Below are positions 49,234-58,827 of a stretch of 64,000 nucleotides of DNA, one piece after another. Source of the DNA: a virus (Duplodnaviria > Heunggongvirae > Uroviricota > Caudoviricetes). Position 1 is the stretch's first letter. Each line of letters begins with the position of its first letter. The notes beneath the pieces were generated by a model, which worked only from the letters and a program-made list of their open reading frames with translations, did no database searches and was not told the DNA's origin. The position numbers and the translations under genes were made by a program. Location of the stretch: positions 35,307 through 99,306 of IMG/VR virus record IMGVR_UViG_2541046997_000001. One strand, given 5' to 3'.

Positions 49234-49527
49234 ATGTATGACGAATTGAAAGACATATCATATATTTTTTACATAAACAGTAAGAGCGGGAAATTATGTA
49301 CTTGCAGTGTTGGCAACAAAGAAGAATTAGACGATAACGGATACCCGAGATACTTAGGAAAATATGGAAATTGTCTGATTGCTTTACAAAATCAGAAGAT
49401 AACAGACAAGCTATATCTAATGACGGAAGAAACATTCAACAGAGTAAAAAAGAAATTTTGGCAGCTTGATAGATATGTCATAAAGGACTTCTTTGATCGT
49501 TATGCTGATAGAGTTGTGGAAAGATAG
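49234..49527 (+). CDS. Hypothetical protein
   Basis: RBS GGAGGTG. Confidence 0.7.
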   Translation: MYDELKDISYIFYINSKSGKLCTCSVGNKEELDDNGYPRYLGKYGNCLIALQNQKITDKLYLMTEETFNRVKKKFWQLDRYVIKDFFDRYADRVVER

Positions 49528-49619
49528 AAAATAGCTCATAAATTTTTAAAAAATAGTTTAAAACTAATTGACAAATTAGTAAAATACGGTATAATAGTAA
49601 TTGTAAAGGAGATAAACAA

Positions 49620-49802
49620 ATGGCAAGAAAAACTTTTGCAACTCCTGTTGAGGAATCAATTCAGAATGATTTTAAAATTGAATGTAAAAATCAGGGATAT
49701 AAGCAAAATGAAGTAATAGAGGCTTTAATGTCTGGTTTTGTAAATGGAGAAATCAAAATAGAAAAGAAGATAAGTTTTAAAATTGTTCAACGGGATAAGT
49801 AA
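49620..49802 (+). CDS. RHH-like small DNA-binding protein with its own SigA promoter
   Basis: ARKTFATPVEESIQNDFKIECK..G..QNEVIEALM; TTGACA-16-TATAAT upstream. Confidence 0.7.
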   Translation: MARKTFATPVEESIQNDFKIECKNQGYKQNEVIEALMSGFVNGEIKIEKKISFKIVQRDK

Positions 49803-50057
49803 AAAAGAATAGCGGCTCCAACGTCTACCAAACAATGAAAACCGCTACTCAGCACCGCCAAACATAGTGTTTGACTAATTTCTATTATACCAATTCTTTA
49901 GATTTAGTCAATCAAAAATTTCCTTATGTAAAGCACATTGAAAACTGAATAGCCTTTACAGAATAGGTACGGTGAAACGATGCTAGGACAAGCTGACTCA
50001 CGCTAAAAGCTGTTTTGTGTAGAGGTGTGTGAAATTAAAGAAAGGAAATGATTATTT

Positions 50058-50771
50058 ATGGATCAAGTAATGGAAAAGAAACCGGAATTGAAATTATTTC
50101 AAAATGATGACTTTGGAACTATTAGAACAGTTATTCTTGATGGAGAACCGTGGTTTGTGGCTGCGGATGTTTGCAAAATTTTAGAACATAGCAATCCAAC
50201 TATTGCTATGAATGGTCTGGAAGATTTTGAAAAGACTAAGTTGAACTTAGGCTTACAGGGTGGTAATACTAATATCATCAGCGAAAGTGGATTTTATACT
50301 TTGGTATTACGCAGTAGAAAATCTATTGCAAAGCCATTTAGAATTTGGGTGACATCAGAAGTTCTTCCGTCAATCAGAAAGACAGGAAGGTATATTGCCC
50401 CATCAGAAAATAAGATGGAAGCTATGTTGTCTGATATGAACTGTAATATGAAGATTGTATATGCACAGATCAATAACATGGAGGAAATGATTGGAGAGCA
50501 AAATTCTATGTTGGAGCGAGTTGTTGATAACATGACTCTTTCTACTAAACAACAACAGCAAATGTATAAAGCAGCAAAAGACAGAATTAATTATCTATTG
50601 AATGGAGCGCATTCCATCGAATACAAAAAGAAGTCAAAGAGTTATTTTGTTAACCTTTGGAATAGCATGAAGTCTTTGTATAACTGCGGTAGTAGTTATA
50701 AAGATTTGAACCCGATGTATTTTGATGAAGCAATGGAATACATTAAACATTGGGAATATAAAGAACAATAA
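50058..50771 (+). CDS. Bro-N/ORF6C antirepressor
   Basis: FQNDDFGTIRTV..DGEPWFVAADVC; C-terminal YKDL....FDEAMEYIKHW. Confidence 0.9.
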   Translation: MDQVMEKKPELKLFQNDDFGTIRTVILDGEPWFVAADVCKILEHSNPTIAMNGLEDFEKTKLNLGLQGGNTNIISESGFYTLVLRSRKSIAKPFRIWVTSEVLPSIRKTGRYIAPSENKMEAMLSDMNCNMKIVYAQINNMEEMIGEQNSMLERVVDNMTLSTKQQQQMYKAAKDRINYLLNGAHSIEYKKKSKSYFVNLWNSMKSLYNCGSSYKDLNPMYFDEAMEYIKHWEYKEQ

Positions 50772-50847
50772 AATATTACATATAAATAAGAAGATTCTGG
50801 AGAATAAAAATCCAGAATCTTTTTTCAAAAGGAAGGAGTTATGTATT

Positions 50848-51156
50848 ATGATTTGGACATTATTTGTATTAGACTATGATGGAACGTACAGTTGTGAATA
50901 TGAAGAATACTACGGTGTAAGACCTTCAGTATATCAGATTCCATTGGATAAACAGCAAGAGGTCGAAATGTTTGCGAAGAGAGCTTCCAAAGAATTTAAT
51001 GAGGGGGAAGACGTCTGCGAATCTATTGGAGATATTTTTGAAGGTTTTCTTGAAGAAAATAATATTAAATTTCATTGCGTTGGAGATTTGAAACTTCGTT
51101 TTGGCGATAGACAGAAGGATTATCTTGCGGATTATATCCCTAGAGAGATTGTGTAA
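50848..51156 (+). CDS. Hypothetical protein
   Basis: RBS AAGGAG. Confidence 0.7.
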   Translation: MIWTLFVLDYDGTYSCEYEEYYGVRPSVYQIPLDKQQEVEMFAKRASKEFNEGEDVCESIGDIFEGFLEENNIKFHCVGDLKLRFGDRQKDYLADYIPREIV

Positions 51157-51168
51157 GGTGGTGAAAAT

Positions 51169-51891
51169 TTGAGAAGAGAATGGACAGAAAAGGAAGTTGA
51201 GTATTTAAAAGAACATTATGGACAATATCCTGTAAAAGATATTGCAGAAAAACTCAAAAGAAGTTATGAATCTGTTCAAGCAAAGGCAGGTAGGATTGGC
51301 ATAAATTCCAATGGAAGTATTACTACAAATAGAAGAAAGTGGACAGAACGAGAAGAGAAATACATGGAATCAAGATACTTATATCAACCGGTGGAAATTA
51401 CAGCAAAACGACTAAAGAGATCAGTGTGTTCTGTAAAGAAAAAGGCGGCGAAATTAGGACTTAACAAATTCTATGACATATTTTCAGCAAAACAGTTAGC
51501 GAAATGCTTTAATACTGATATATCTGTGGTTTTAAGATGGATTGAGAAATTTGATATGCCACATGATAGTATAGATCTGAATGGAGTCATTCATTATGAT
51601 ATTGACTTGAAGAAATTTTGGAAATGGACGGAAAATCATAAAGATATAATAAACTGGTCTAAATATGAATGTGGAACCTTGGCATTAGAACCTGAATGGG
51701 TGCGTCAAGAAAAAATGTCTTATGAATATAGTAACACAAGAGAAAAGTGGACAGATGAAGATTTGAGAAAAGTTAAATTACTTTTAAAAGCGGATAAAAC
51801 CTATAAAGAAGTCGCAAAAGAGTTGGGAAGGACATATTACGGCATTCTTCATTTAATGAGGAGTGGTGTAGTATATGGAAAAGTTAATTGA
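51169..51891 (+). CDS. Myb/SANT-like repeat HTH protein
   Basis: Repeated WTEKE/WTERE/WTDED units followed by IAEKLKRS...AGRIG. Confidence 0.75.
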   Translation: MRREWTEKEVEYLKEHYGQYPVKDIAEKLKRSYESVQAKAGRIGINSNGSITTNRRKWTEREEKYMESRYLYQPVEITAKRLKRSVCSVKKKAAKLGLNKFYDIFSAKQLAKCFNTDISVVLRWIEKFDMPHDSIDLNGVIHYDIDLKKFWKWTENHKDIINWSKYECGTLALEPEWVRQEKMSYEYSNTREKWTDEDLRKVKLLLKADKTYKEVAKELGRTYYGILHLMRSGVVYGKVN

Positions 51892-51943
51892 GAAAATTGT
51901 AGAAGTATGATAATATGAAAAGAAAAAGAGGAGGTATTATATC

Positions 51944-52099
51944 ATGGGAGCAGCTTTATTTATTGCAGCAATTTTTTTACTTTGCAAAGGACTTAATTGG
52001 GTAGCTAATTTACCGGAGGAACATTACAAGAACACACTTACACCGGAGCAAAGATCAGATTATGTTTTTAGAAAAAATCTGAATAAATACAAAAAATAA
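51944..52099 (+). CDS. Small membrane protein (51 aa, missed by ORF track)
   Basis: MGAALFIAAIFLLCKGLNWVA...; RBS GAGGAGG. Confidence 0.65.
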   Translation: MGAALFIAAIFLLCKGLNWVANLPEEHYKNTLTPEQRSDYVFRKNLNKYKK

Positions 52100-52176
52100 T
52101 TTTATAATGAATGTGTTTTGGGAGACTAAGTATTAATTTGCTTAGTCTCTTTTATATTACAAGAGAGAATATATAG

Positions 52177-52395
52177 GTGAAAATATATCAGAAAGAAGGA
52201 ATTTATATGAAGAATTTTATTATTGGGAACATGTATTTTGTTCAGGTAACAAGTCACATGAAGGACTATGTTAGTTATGTGGGAAGAAAAGGAAATTTCT
52301 ATGTGTTTCAGAAAGGTGTCGTACAGTATTATCTGAAAGAATGTCATTTGTTTAATGCTGTCCCGGTGATGAATCGAATTGCCATGATTTCTTGA
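52177..52395 (+). CDS. Hypothetical protein
   Basis: ORF track; start probably later, after AAGGA. Confidence 0.55.
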   Translation: MKIYQKEGIYMKNFIIGNMYFVQVTSHMKDYVSYVGRKGNFYVFQKGVVQYYLKECHLFNAVPVMNRIAMIS

Positions 52396-52430
52396 TGTGT
52401 GATATACTCATGATAAGAGGTGATGGTCGT

Positions 52431-52817
52431 ATGGAGAAGTTTCATCGTATGAATTTAGAAGAAATTCAAAAATGCAACAACAAGCAAATTGAAGATATAA
52501 TCTTATACACAGGCAATATCAAGAAGCAAGATTTTCAAGCAGAATGTTTATATTGGATGTGTATGTTGGAAGTAAATATTCGAGCAGATCAAGATGTAGA
52601 ATACACATGGATTAAATGTATTGCTAATATAAGGAATAAAGATGGAGATATAATATTCCAGTATGGAAAAGATTATATGGTGTTTGTACTTGGCTTGGTT
52701 CCAATTGTTTTTACTGGAGATTTATTTCCATATATATTTTCCATAAAAGAAGAAGATCATCGTTGCATATGGAAGTATTTTACGGAGAGTGAATTAAAAA
52801 ATATATATTTGATGTAA
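52431..52817 (+). CDS. Hypothetical protein
   Basis: RBS GAGGTG. Confidence 0.65.
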   Translation: MEKFHRMNLEEIQKCNNKQIEDIILYTGNIKKQDFQAECLYWMCMLEVNIRADQDVEYTWIKCIANIRNKDGDIIFQYGKDYMVFVLGLVPIVFTGDLFPYIFSIKEEDHRCIWKYFTESELKNIYLM

Positions 52818-52926
52818 ATAGTTAGAAGTCGTTATCGTTTTGATAGCGACTTTTGTAGTGTTTATAGTTGAGAGACCAGAGAATAATATCCTGGTCATTT
52901 TTTATGCAGAAATGGGGGTAATAGTT

Positions 52927-53175
52927 ATGAAAAAAATAAAAAGAGAAGATTTGACCATTGGAGAACATGAAAGACTGATTTATCCAAGTGTTTTTACTTA
53001 CTTGACGAGGAACAATAAACCGACAAGACAAGAATATTACAGAACCGGCGATGGGGAGGTATGGGAAATCAGTCATTTTGAAAATGAAAAATCAGAAGAA
53101 TTTGGAAAAAGAATGGATGCATTAGAGTATTTGAGTAACAAATTAGATCTGGCAGAAGCATTTGGTGTATTATAG
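52927..53175 (+). CDS. Hypothetical protein
   Basis: RBS GGGGGT. Confidence 0.65.
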   Translation: MKKIKREDLTIGEHERLIYPSVFTYLTRNNKPTRQEYYRTGDGEVWEISHFENEKSEEFGKRMDALEYLSNKLDLAEAFGVL

Positions 53176-53189
53176 AGGAGATAATAGGT

Positions 53190-54185
53190 ATGTGTTACAA
53201 AGTTGAAAAGCAAAGAAAGATTGAACAAAAATTAGCTGAGGAATTAAAAAATGTTCCGGGTTTTATCGCAGATTTTTTTGACAGATATAAATCATCAGCC
53301 ACAAAAAAAATTAACTGGATCTATATCAGAGACATGTTAAATTGGATGCTTTCAAATGGATGTATCAAGAAGGACAGTATTTCTAATATAGTAGAAGAGG
53401 ATATGAACGGAATCACGAGCAATAATGTAATCAAATATCTTAATGAGCTGAAGAATGGCATATCAGGCAGAGCTAATTCGTTGGACTCAATCAATACTAA
53501 GAAAAATGTATTTAGTTCATTTTGGAATTATTTAAGACAGAACAAATGTGTAGATGAGAATGTTATTGCGTATATTCCTAAAAATTTGTATAAGTCAGAG
53601 AAAAAATTCAAAGAAGTAGAAATTCCAACAGATGAAGAAGTGGAAGAATTCTTAAAAAGGGTTAATGATGGAAACAAAAATGAATTTAATGTTATCAGAA
53701 ATATTGCGATTGTACAATTAATAAAAGGAAGCGGTATTCGATCAGAAGAACTAATTAATATGGATATTTCAGATTTGCACTTGTATGAAGAAGATAGACC
53801 ATACATGATGATTTTGGGAAAAGGAAATATAGAGATGTATGACAAAGTATATATGTCAAAACGTGCAAAAATGTATCTTGAAGAATATTTGACCATGAGA
53901 GATATTTTTATTAGAGAACGAAAAATAACTAATAAGGCACTATTTCTTTCAAACGAAAACAAGAGAATGAGCAAAGGGGCAATAACAAGTTTTTTTGAAC
54001 GATATTCTGATGGGAGAATATATCCACATATGCTTAGACACTGGGTTGGAACAGATTTATATAATAGAACTAACAACATTATGATTGTACAGAGACAATT
54101 AAGACATAAAAACCTTGAAACCGCAGCTAGATATTATGTACACATGGATGAGTCTACAATTGCAAATGCTGTACTTGATTTGTAA
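53190..54185 (+). CDS. Tyrosine recombinase embedded in the small-gene array
   Basis: GSGIRSEEL, GKGN, PHMLRHWVGT, LRHKNLETAARYY. Confidence 0.92.
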   Translation: MCYKVEKQRKIEQKLAEELKNVPGFIADFFDRYKSSATKKINWIYIRDMLNWMLSNGCIKKDSISNIVEEDMNGITSNNVIKYLNELKNGISGRANSLDSINTKKNVFSSFWNYLRQNKCVDENVIAYIPKNLYKSEKKFKEVEIPTDEEVEEFLKRVNDGNKNEFNVIRNIAIVQLIKGSGIRSEELINMDISDLHLYEEDRPYMMILGKGNIEMYDKVYMSKRAKMYLEEYLTMRDIFIRERKITNKALFLSNENKRMSKGAITSFFERYSDGRIYPHMLRHWVGTDLYNRTNNIMIVQRQLRHKNLETAARYYVHMDESTIANAVLDL

Positions 54186-54220
54186 TATGTGTTAAAATAA
54201 TATGCAATGGAGGAATAAAA

Positions 54221-54418
54221 TTGAGAGGAAAATATATTGGAAGAGACGGAAGTATGGGGTTTCGTACAGGACAAACATATGAGATAAGCACAGAACTTAC
54301 GAAAATCTACAGAGATAAGAAAAAGGTTGATGTGATTATGGTGCGTAGTGGGAAATTGTTTTGTCCATATGATTCTGTGGAAAGCATCTTGGAAAATTGG
54401 ATTTTGGAGAAAATGTGA
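54221..54418 (+). CDS. Hypothetical protein
   Basis: RBS GGAGG; KYIGRDGSMGFRTGQTY. Confidence 0.7.
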   Translation: MRGKYIGRDGSMGFRTGQTYEISTELTKIYRDKKKVDVIMVRSGKLFCPYDSVESILENWILEKM

Positions 54419-54573
54419 TGGAAAATTTTATGAATACTCCGGTAGAATATAACTGGACAGAGAAAGATATTGTAGAAGAGTTTGAAAAGTGTAAAGATAA
54501 GAAAATGATTGCAAAGATCTATGATATAACTGTAAAAGAGGTTACAGAAATTTTGAAAAGAATAAAAGATTAA
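54418..54573 (+). CDS. Small hypothetical protein (51 aa)
   Basis: ATG overlaps the upstream TGA. Confidence 0.6.
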   Translation: MENFMNTPVEYNWTEKDIVEEFEKCKDKKMIAKIYDITVKEVTEILKRIKD

Positions 54574-54589
54574 TTGCAAAGGAGAATAT

Positions 54590-54823
54590 ATGGATCGTAG
54601 GTGGAAATATTTTATAGTATTAAATAGTAATGACTTTCCCTATAACATAGTTGAATTTGAAGAAACTCCTGATGGTGAATTACCATTATGTTGTGATCTT
54701 AATGTAGCTATAAATTTTGATTCACCAGAAGAGCTTAATAGTTGGGTACAAGAACATACATCATTAATTTTGGAGAATTGCGATTATCATATTGAAGGAC
54801 ATTATTTGCCGGTTAATATGTGA
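54590..54823 (+). CDS. Hypothetical protein
   Basis: ORF track; RBS AAGGAG. Confidence 0.7.
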   Translation: MDRRWKYFIVLNSNDFPYNIVEFEETPDGELPLCCDLNVAINFDSPEELNSWVQEHTSLILENCDYHIEGHYLPVNM

Positions 54824-54835
54824 TTTTAAAGAAAG

Positions 54836-55084
54836 GTGAAAAAGATGGATTTAGATGTTTTTATTGAAGAAATTAAGTCTGTATATCAAGATGCAACAGA
54901 AAGAGGATTTGACAGTATTGTAATTGCCATAGATACAGATTTAGATAATACATATTATATTAATGATACAGAAGATGGATTTCAGTGTGATTTATTTGAT
55001 TATGTATTTGATGATTTATATGATATATCTAGTCAACTATATGATGAGATTCAAGGGAATGTAATTGATATCAGAATAGAATGA
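54836..55084 (+). CDS. Very acidic hypothetical protein
   Basis: Asp/Glu-rich, 82 aa. Confidence 0.7.
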   Translation: MKKMDLDVFIEEIKSVYQDATERGFDSIVIAIDTDLDNTYYINDTEDGFQCDLFDYVFDDLYDISSQLYDEIQGNVIDIRIE

Positions 55085-55099
55085 AACAGAGGAGCGTAT

Positions 55100-55291
55100 A
55101 TGGACGAAGATCAAAAACGCATGGCATGTGCGTGGTGTGATGGGGAAATTAGGCATGGAGATAAAGCATATAAAAGAACTGGATATTATGGATTGTATTG
55201 TTCTTTGGAATGTTTGGTGAAAGGATCTCGGTTACAATACGAAGAGGTAATTGTAAACGAAGATATATTTAAGAACGAATGTAAAGGATAG
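55100..55291 (+). CDS. Small zinc-binding protein
   Basis: CAWC...YCSLEC. Confidence 0.7.
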   Translation: MDEDQKRMACAWCDGEIRHGDKAYKRTGYYGLYCSLECLVKGSRLQYEEVIVNEDIFKNECKG

Positions 55292-55308
55292 GTTTTGAGG
55301 TATAAATT

Positions 55309-55575
55309 ATGTTTGAAATAGAAGTTGATTGTGTGCAAGTATGCACTTGTAAGATATCTGATGAAAATGAACAGATGATAAGAAATTATATAAATGATAA
55401 TCCAGAAAAGTTCGAATTTATGTCTTGTCAGGAGTCTATTATAGAAGCTATTTCTGAATTGAAAATTGATTTATATAATGACTATATAGAATCTGATTCA
55501 TATACAAATGACATTAGATGGTCGGAATACGAAGAAAGAAGTGCGGAGGAAATATTAGATGAAAAATCCATTTAA
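55309..55575 (+). CDS. Acidic hypothetical protein
   Basis: ORF track. Confidence 0.7.
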   Translation: MFEIEVDCVQVCTCKISDENEQMIRNYINDNPEKFEFMSCQESIIEAISELKIDLYNDYIESDSYTNDIRWSEYEERSAEEILDEKSI

Positions 55576-55768
55576 AAATAAAACAGATGAAGAACTAAAA
55601 GTTCTATATGAACAGTATAAGGAATTTCAGAAAACAGGAGTAATTCCAGATAATGAACTTGGAAAAATTAGAGATGAATTATATGAAAAATTAAATTCAG
55701 GATGGCATGTTATGATGATGCAGTACCTACTAGAAGTTATTGCAGAAAGATGGATAAAAGGAATATAG
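55559..55768 (+). CDS. Hypothetical protein
   Basis: ORF track. Confidence 0.7.
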   Translation: MKNPFKNKTDEELKVLYEQYKEFQKTGVIPDNELGKIRDELYEKLNSGWHVMMMQYLLEVIAERWIKGI

Positions 55769-55877
55769 ATTTTATGAAAGGAGTTGTTTTTATGTCAGAA
55801 CTTGATTACCCAGGAGAAGCGTTGGAAAATCCGGTTAAATTATAGTAATTATTTAATAAGAAGGAGTATGGTAGAAT

Positions 55878-56060
55878 ATGATTAATATTATTCATAGAAG
55901 TAAATTAGAAGGTGCAAACAGGTTTGGAACTTGCGCTTCGTGTGTAAAAGAAAGAGACGTGTATAAAATCTCGTTTGAAGATGAACATGGAAATAATTGC
56001 TCCATAAGTTTGTGTAAAAGTTGTTTGAAAGAATTGGAAAATATGATTCATGAAATCTAA
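55878..56060 (+). CDS. Small zinc-binding protein
   Basis: CASC...ISLCKSCL. Confidence 0.7.
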   Translation: MINIIHRSKLEGANRFGTCASCVKERDVYKISFEDEHGNNCSISLCKSCLKELENMIHEI

Positions 56061-56082
56061 GTTTTAACAGGAAAATGGAGGA

Positions 56083-56292
56083 ATGAATATGCATACATTC
56101 AACGGAAAGAAAACAAGAATACACTACAACAGTGATATGTCTGGAAATATTATTATTCAACATAAAGATTATGAGTTGGAGTTGAGTGTTTTAGGCGAAG
56201 ATATTCTTGATTTCGTTGCTGAATATGTAAGAAGTCAGAAGATTAGTAAACTGGAACAGATGGATAGTAAAGAGATTTTGGGATTGGAGTGA
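56083..56292 (+). CDS. Hypothetical protein
   Basis: RBS GGAGG. Confidence 0.7.
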   Translation: MNMHTFNGKKTRIHYNSDMSGNIIIQHKDYELELSVLGEDILDFVAEYVRSQKISKLEQMDSKEILGLE

Positions 56293-56296
56293 TAAT

Positions 56297-56476
56297 ATGA
56301 CAGTTCAGGAATTGATAAATGAATTGAATCAAATAGAAGACAAATCTCAAAGAGTAATTTTTGAGTGTATAGGAAACCGTAATGTATATGATGTAAATGA
56401 AATAGTAGGAGCAAACATTCCTAAAGATGATTCTTGTAAAGAATACGAAAGAGGAATACTTATTAGTAATGTGTAG
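56297..56476 (+). CDS. Hypothetical protein (59 aa, missed by ORF track)
   Basis: MTVQELINELNQIEDKSQRV... Confidence 0.7.
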   Translation: MTVQELINELNQIEDKSQRVIFECIGNRNVYDVNEIVGANIPKDDSCKEYERGILISNV

Positions 56477-56500
56477 AGATTGCGAGATTGGAGTGATACA

Positions 56501-56878
56501 ATGTATAAATGGGAATGTCTTATTTGTGGTAAGTAACCTGAACATTTTGGAATTAAAGAGTTTGCAATGTCTCCGAGAACAACATTATTTGGCGAGTTCA
56601 ATTTTAGAGACGCAGATGGTAATATCAGAACTGTAAATCGCAAGGTAAATAAACCAGTGTGTTCTGAAGAATGTAAGCGAAAGAATGAGGAACAATATTT
56701 TGTAGAAGAATATAAAGGGACTAGAATTTATTGCATAGATGGTAGATATATGACATATCTTGAATGTGATTATTGGTACGATAGTATTCAAGGAATAAGA
56801 AACAGAATTGATAATCCACATTTGATACCGGTTGCACCTAATCTTTTAAGTGCTTTAAGGGGTAAAATGAGAGAATAA
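56501..56878 (+). pseudogene. Zinc-binding protein gene with premature TAA at 56534
   Basis: MYKWECLICGK*PEHF... in frame with the 56567 ORF containing VCSEEC; RBS GGAG. Confidence 0.6.
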
Positions 56879-56991
56879 AATTTAACTTTCATTTTTGCGG
56901 CACAAAGTCTAGCATTTTTGAGAACGTAATTTAACGTAATCATATTGACTATGACGTAAATACATGTGATAATATGGTGGGAGGTGATTTT

Positions 56992-58185
56992 ATGTTCAAA
57001 ATAAATCCATATAGACCTGGAGCTGGATTGATGCCAATGTATATTGCTGGAAGAGATGAAGACATAGAGAGTGTAGAAGAAATGTTTAATGCATTATCTA
57101 TGAATATACCAACGCCATCTATTGTTTTTAGCGGTTTGCGTGGAGTTGGGAAAACTGTTCTTATTAATAAGTTACAAGGTATTGCGGAAGAAAAAGATAT
57201 ATTTTGCAGACATATTGAGGTTGAAGAGAGAAATGATTTTATTTCTCAAATAGCTACTTGTTCACAAGCATTTCTGAGAAAAGTTAGTGCAAAAGAAAAA
57301 TTTAAGCATCTTATACAAAAGCCATTAGATGCGATAAAATCTTTAGTTGTATCGTTTGATGCAAACGATAATACATTTTCATTATCATTACAAGAAAAAG
57401 AACTGTATAAATCAAATAGTTTGACACAAAGTTTGACAGAAGTGTTTGTAAATATCGGAGAAATAGCATATAAAACAGAAATACCTATATGTTTTTTTAT
57501 TGATGAGATTCAATACATGAAACAGAAAGAATTAGGATCGCTGATTGCAGCGTTGCATCGTACAAATCAACTTGGTTATCCAGTAATGATTGTTGGTGCA
57601 GGTTTACCTAAAATATACAAAATGTTATCTGAAGAAAAATCATATTCGGAAAGACTATTTGTATATAAAGAAATAGGTTCATTAACATATGAACAGTCAT
57701 GTAAGGCGATTGAAGAACCAGCGAAAAAATTTTCTGTTGAATATTCTAAAGATGCGATTGACAAGATTGTTGATGTAACAAAAGGATACCCGTTTTTTAT
57801 ACAGCAGCTTTGTCAGGTTGTATATAATAATACAAATGAAAAAACGATTCAAAAATCACATATTGAAAATTGCATGAATGATTTTTTAAAAATATTGGAC
57901 GTTGGATTTTTTAAAGTTAGATACGAAAGATGTTCTGATGGAGAAAAAAGATTTATATTTGCAATGGTAAAATGTGGTGAACTTCCATGTACAATTTCAA
58001 ATGTAGCAAAAAACTTGGGAAAAAAAGTAAAAACAATTTCACCTACAAGAGCGCAGTTAATTAACAAAGGCATTATATTCCCAATAAGGCATTCAGAATT
58101 GGATTTTACTGTTCCTGAATTTGATAATTATATACGGAGACTAGGTGAATATAAACAATGGAACGAGAGTGGTTTAGATGAATAA
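56992..58185 (+). CDS. AAA+/P-loop ATPase with its own promoter (moron)
   Basis: NPYRPGAG..P..IAGRD, GLRGVGKT, FIDEIQY, GYPFFIQ; TTGACT(56945)-17-GATAAT. Confidence 0.9.
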   Translation: MFKINPYRPGAGLMPMYIAGRDEDIESVEEMFNALSMNIPTPSIVFSGLRGVGKTVLINKLQGIAEEKDIFCRHIEVEERNDFISQIATCSQAFLRKVSAKEKFKHLIQKPLDAIKSLVVSFDANDNTFSLSLQEKELYKSNSLTQSLTEVFVNIGEIAYKTEIPICFFIDEIQYMKQKELGSLIAALHRTNQLGYPVMIVGAGLPKIYKMLSEEKSYSERLFVYKEIGSLTYEQSCKAIEEPAKKFSVEYSKDAIDKIVDVTKGYPFFIQQLCQVVYNNTNEKTIQKSHIENCMNDFLKILDVGFFKVRYERCSDGEKRFIFAMVKCGELPCTISNVAKNLGKKVKTISPTRAQLINKGIIFPIRHSELDFTVPEFDNYIRRLGEYKQWNESGLDE

Positions 58186-58360
58186 CAAAAGAAGGATAAT
58201 TCTTAGCCCACATCCAGACAAATCAAAATTGTGGTGCTGGACTGTGTTAGAAGAAGATAAGAAAAATAATTTATGGTATTGCATAGACACAGGTGTAGAA
58301 GTGAGTTGGGATATTGCTGCAAGAAGAGCAAAACAGTCGATGCAAGTCAAAGATTATTAG
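58178..58360 (+). CDS. Hypothetical protein
   Basis: Overlaps the ATPase stop codon. Confidence 0.65.
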   Translation: MNNKRRIILSPHPDKSKLWCWTVLEEDKKNNLWYCIDTGVEVSWDIAARRAKQSMQVKDY

Positions 58361-58386
58361 TGAATATATAATATGTAAGACGATAC

Positions 58387-58650
58387 TTAATTGGTATCGT
58401 CTTTTTTGATATGACCAAGATTGCAACTATACTGAAGCAACCTGTTAAATGTGTCATCATCAGATCTGAATAAGTCAGACGGAGTACATTCTAGTGTAAT
58501 ACATATTTTTTCTAGTGTATCAAAATTTATTTTACTTGTATCTCCGTTATAGAGCTTGCATGCAGCAGGATAACCAACACCAATTGCTTTTGCAAACTGA
58601 TTTTTATTTTGGAATTTCTTGTCCACAAGATCCTTAATATCTAAGTGCAT
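58387..58650 (-). CDS. XRE-family HTH repressor
   Basis: KNQFAKAIGVGYPAACKLYNG..SKINFDTLEKICITLECTPSDLF. Confidence 0.9.
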   Translation of the reverse strand: MHLDIKDLVDKKFQNKNQFAKAIGVGYPAACKLYNGDTSKINFDTLEKICITLECTPSDLFRSDDDTFNRLLQYSCNLGHIKKDDTN

Positions 58651-58733
58651 ATATCCACATCCTCTTTATTGTATATCGTTTACAATATATAGTTTAGCAT
58701 ATATTCTTGAGAAAATAAATATATTTTATAGAA

Positions 58734-58769
58734 TATACTCTTGACAATATACTGTAAAGAGTATATAAT
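58734..58769 (+). promoter_or_regulatory. Consensus SigA promoter with inverted-repeat operator
   Basis: TTGACA(58741)-17-TATAAT(58764); TATACTCTT...AAGAGTATA. Confidence 0.85.
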
Positions 58770-58827
58770 AAGGAACATCAAAGGAAGGTATTTATAGTTT
58801 ACATAATTGAGAAAGGAGAAAGTACAT

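Noticed and set aside
52089-55775. Weaker AAA-N6-TTT matches at 52089, ~52800, 54812, 55281, 55758
   Set aside because: Low-complexity or poor left arms; these could be chance in AT-rich DNA and were excluded from the site count.
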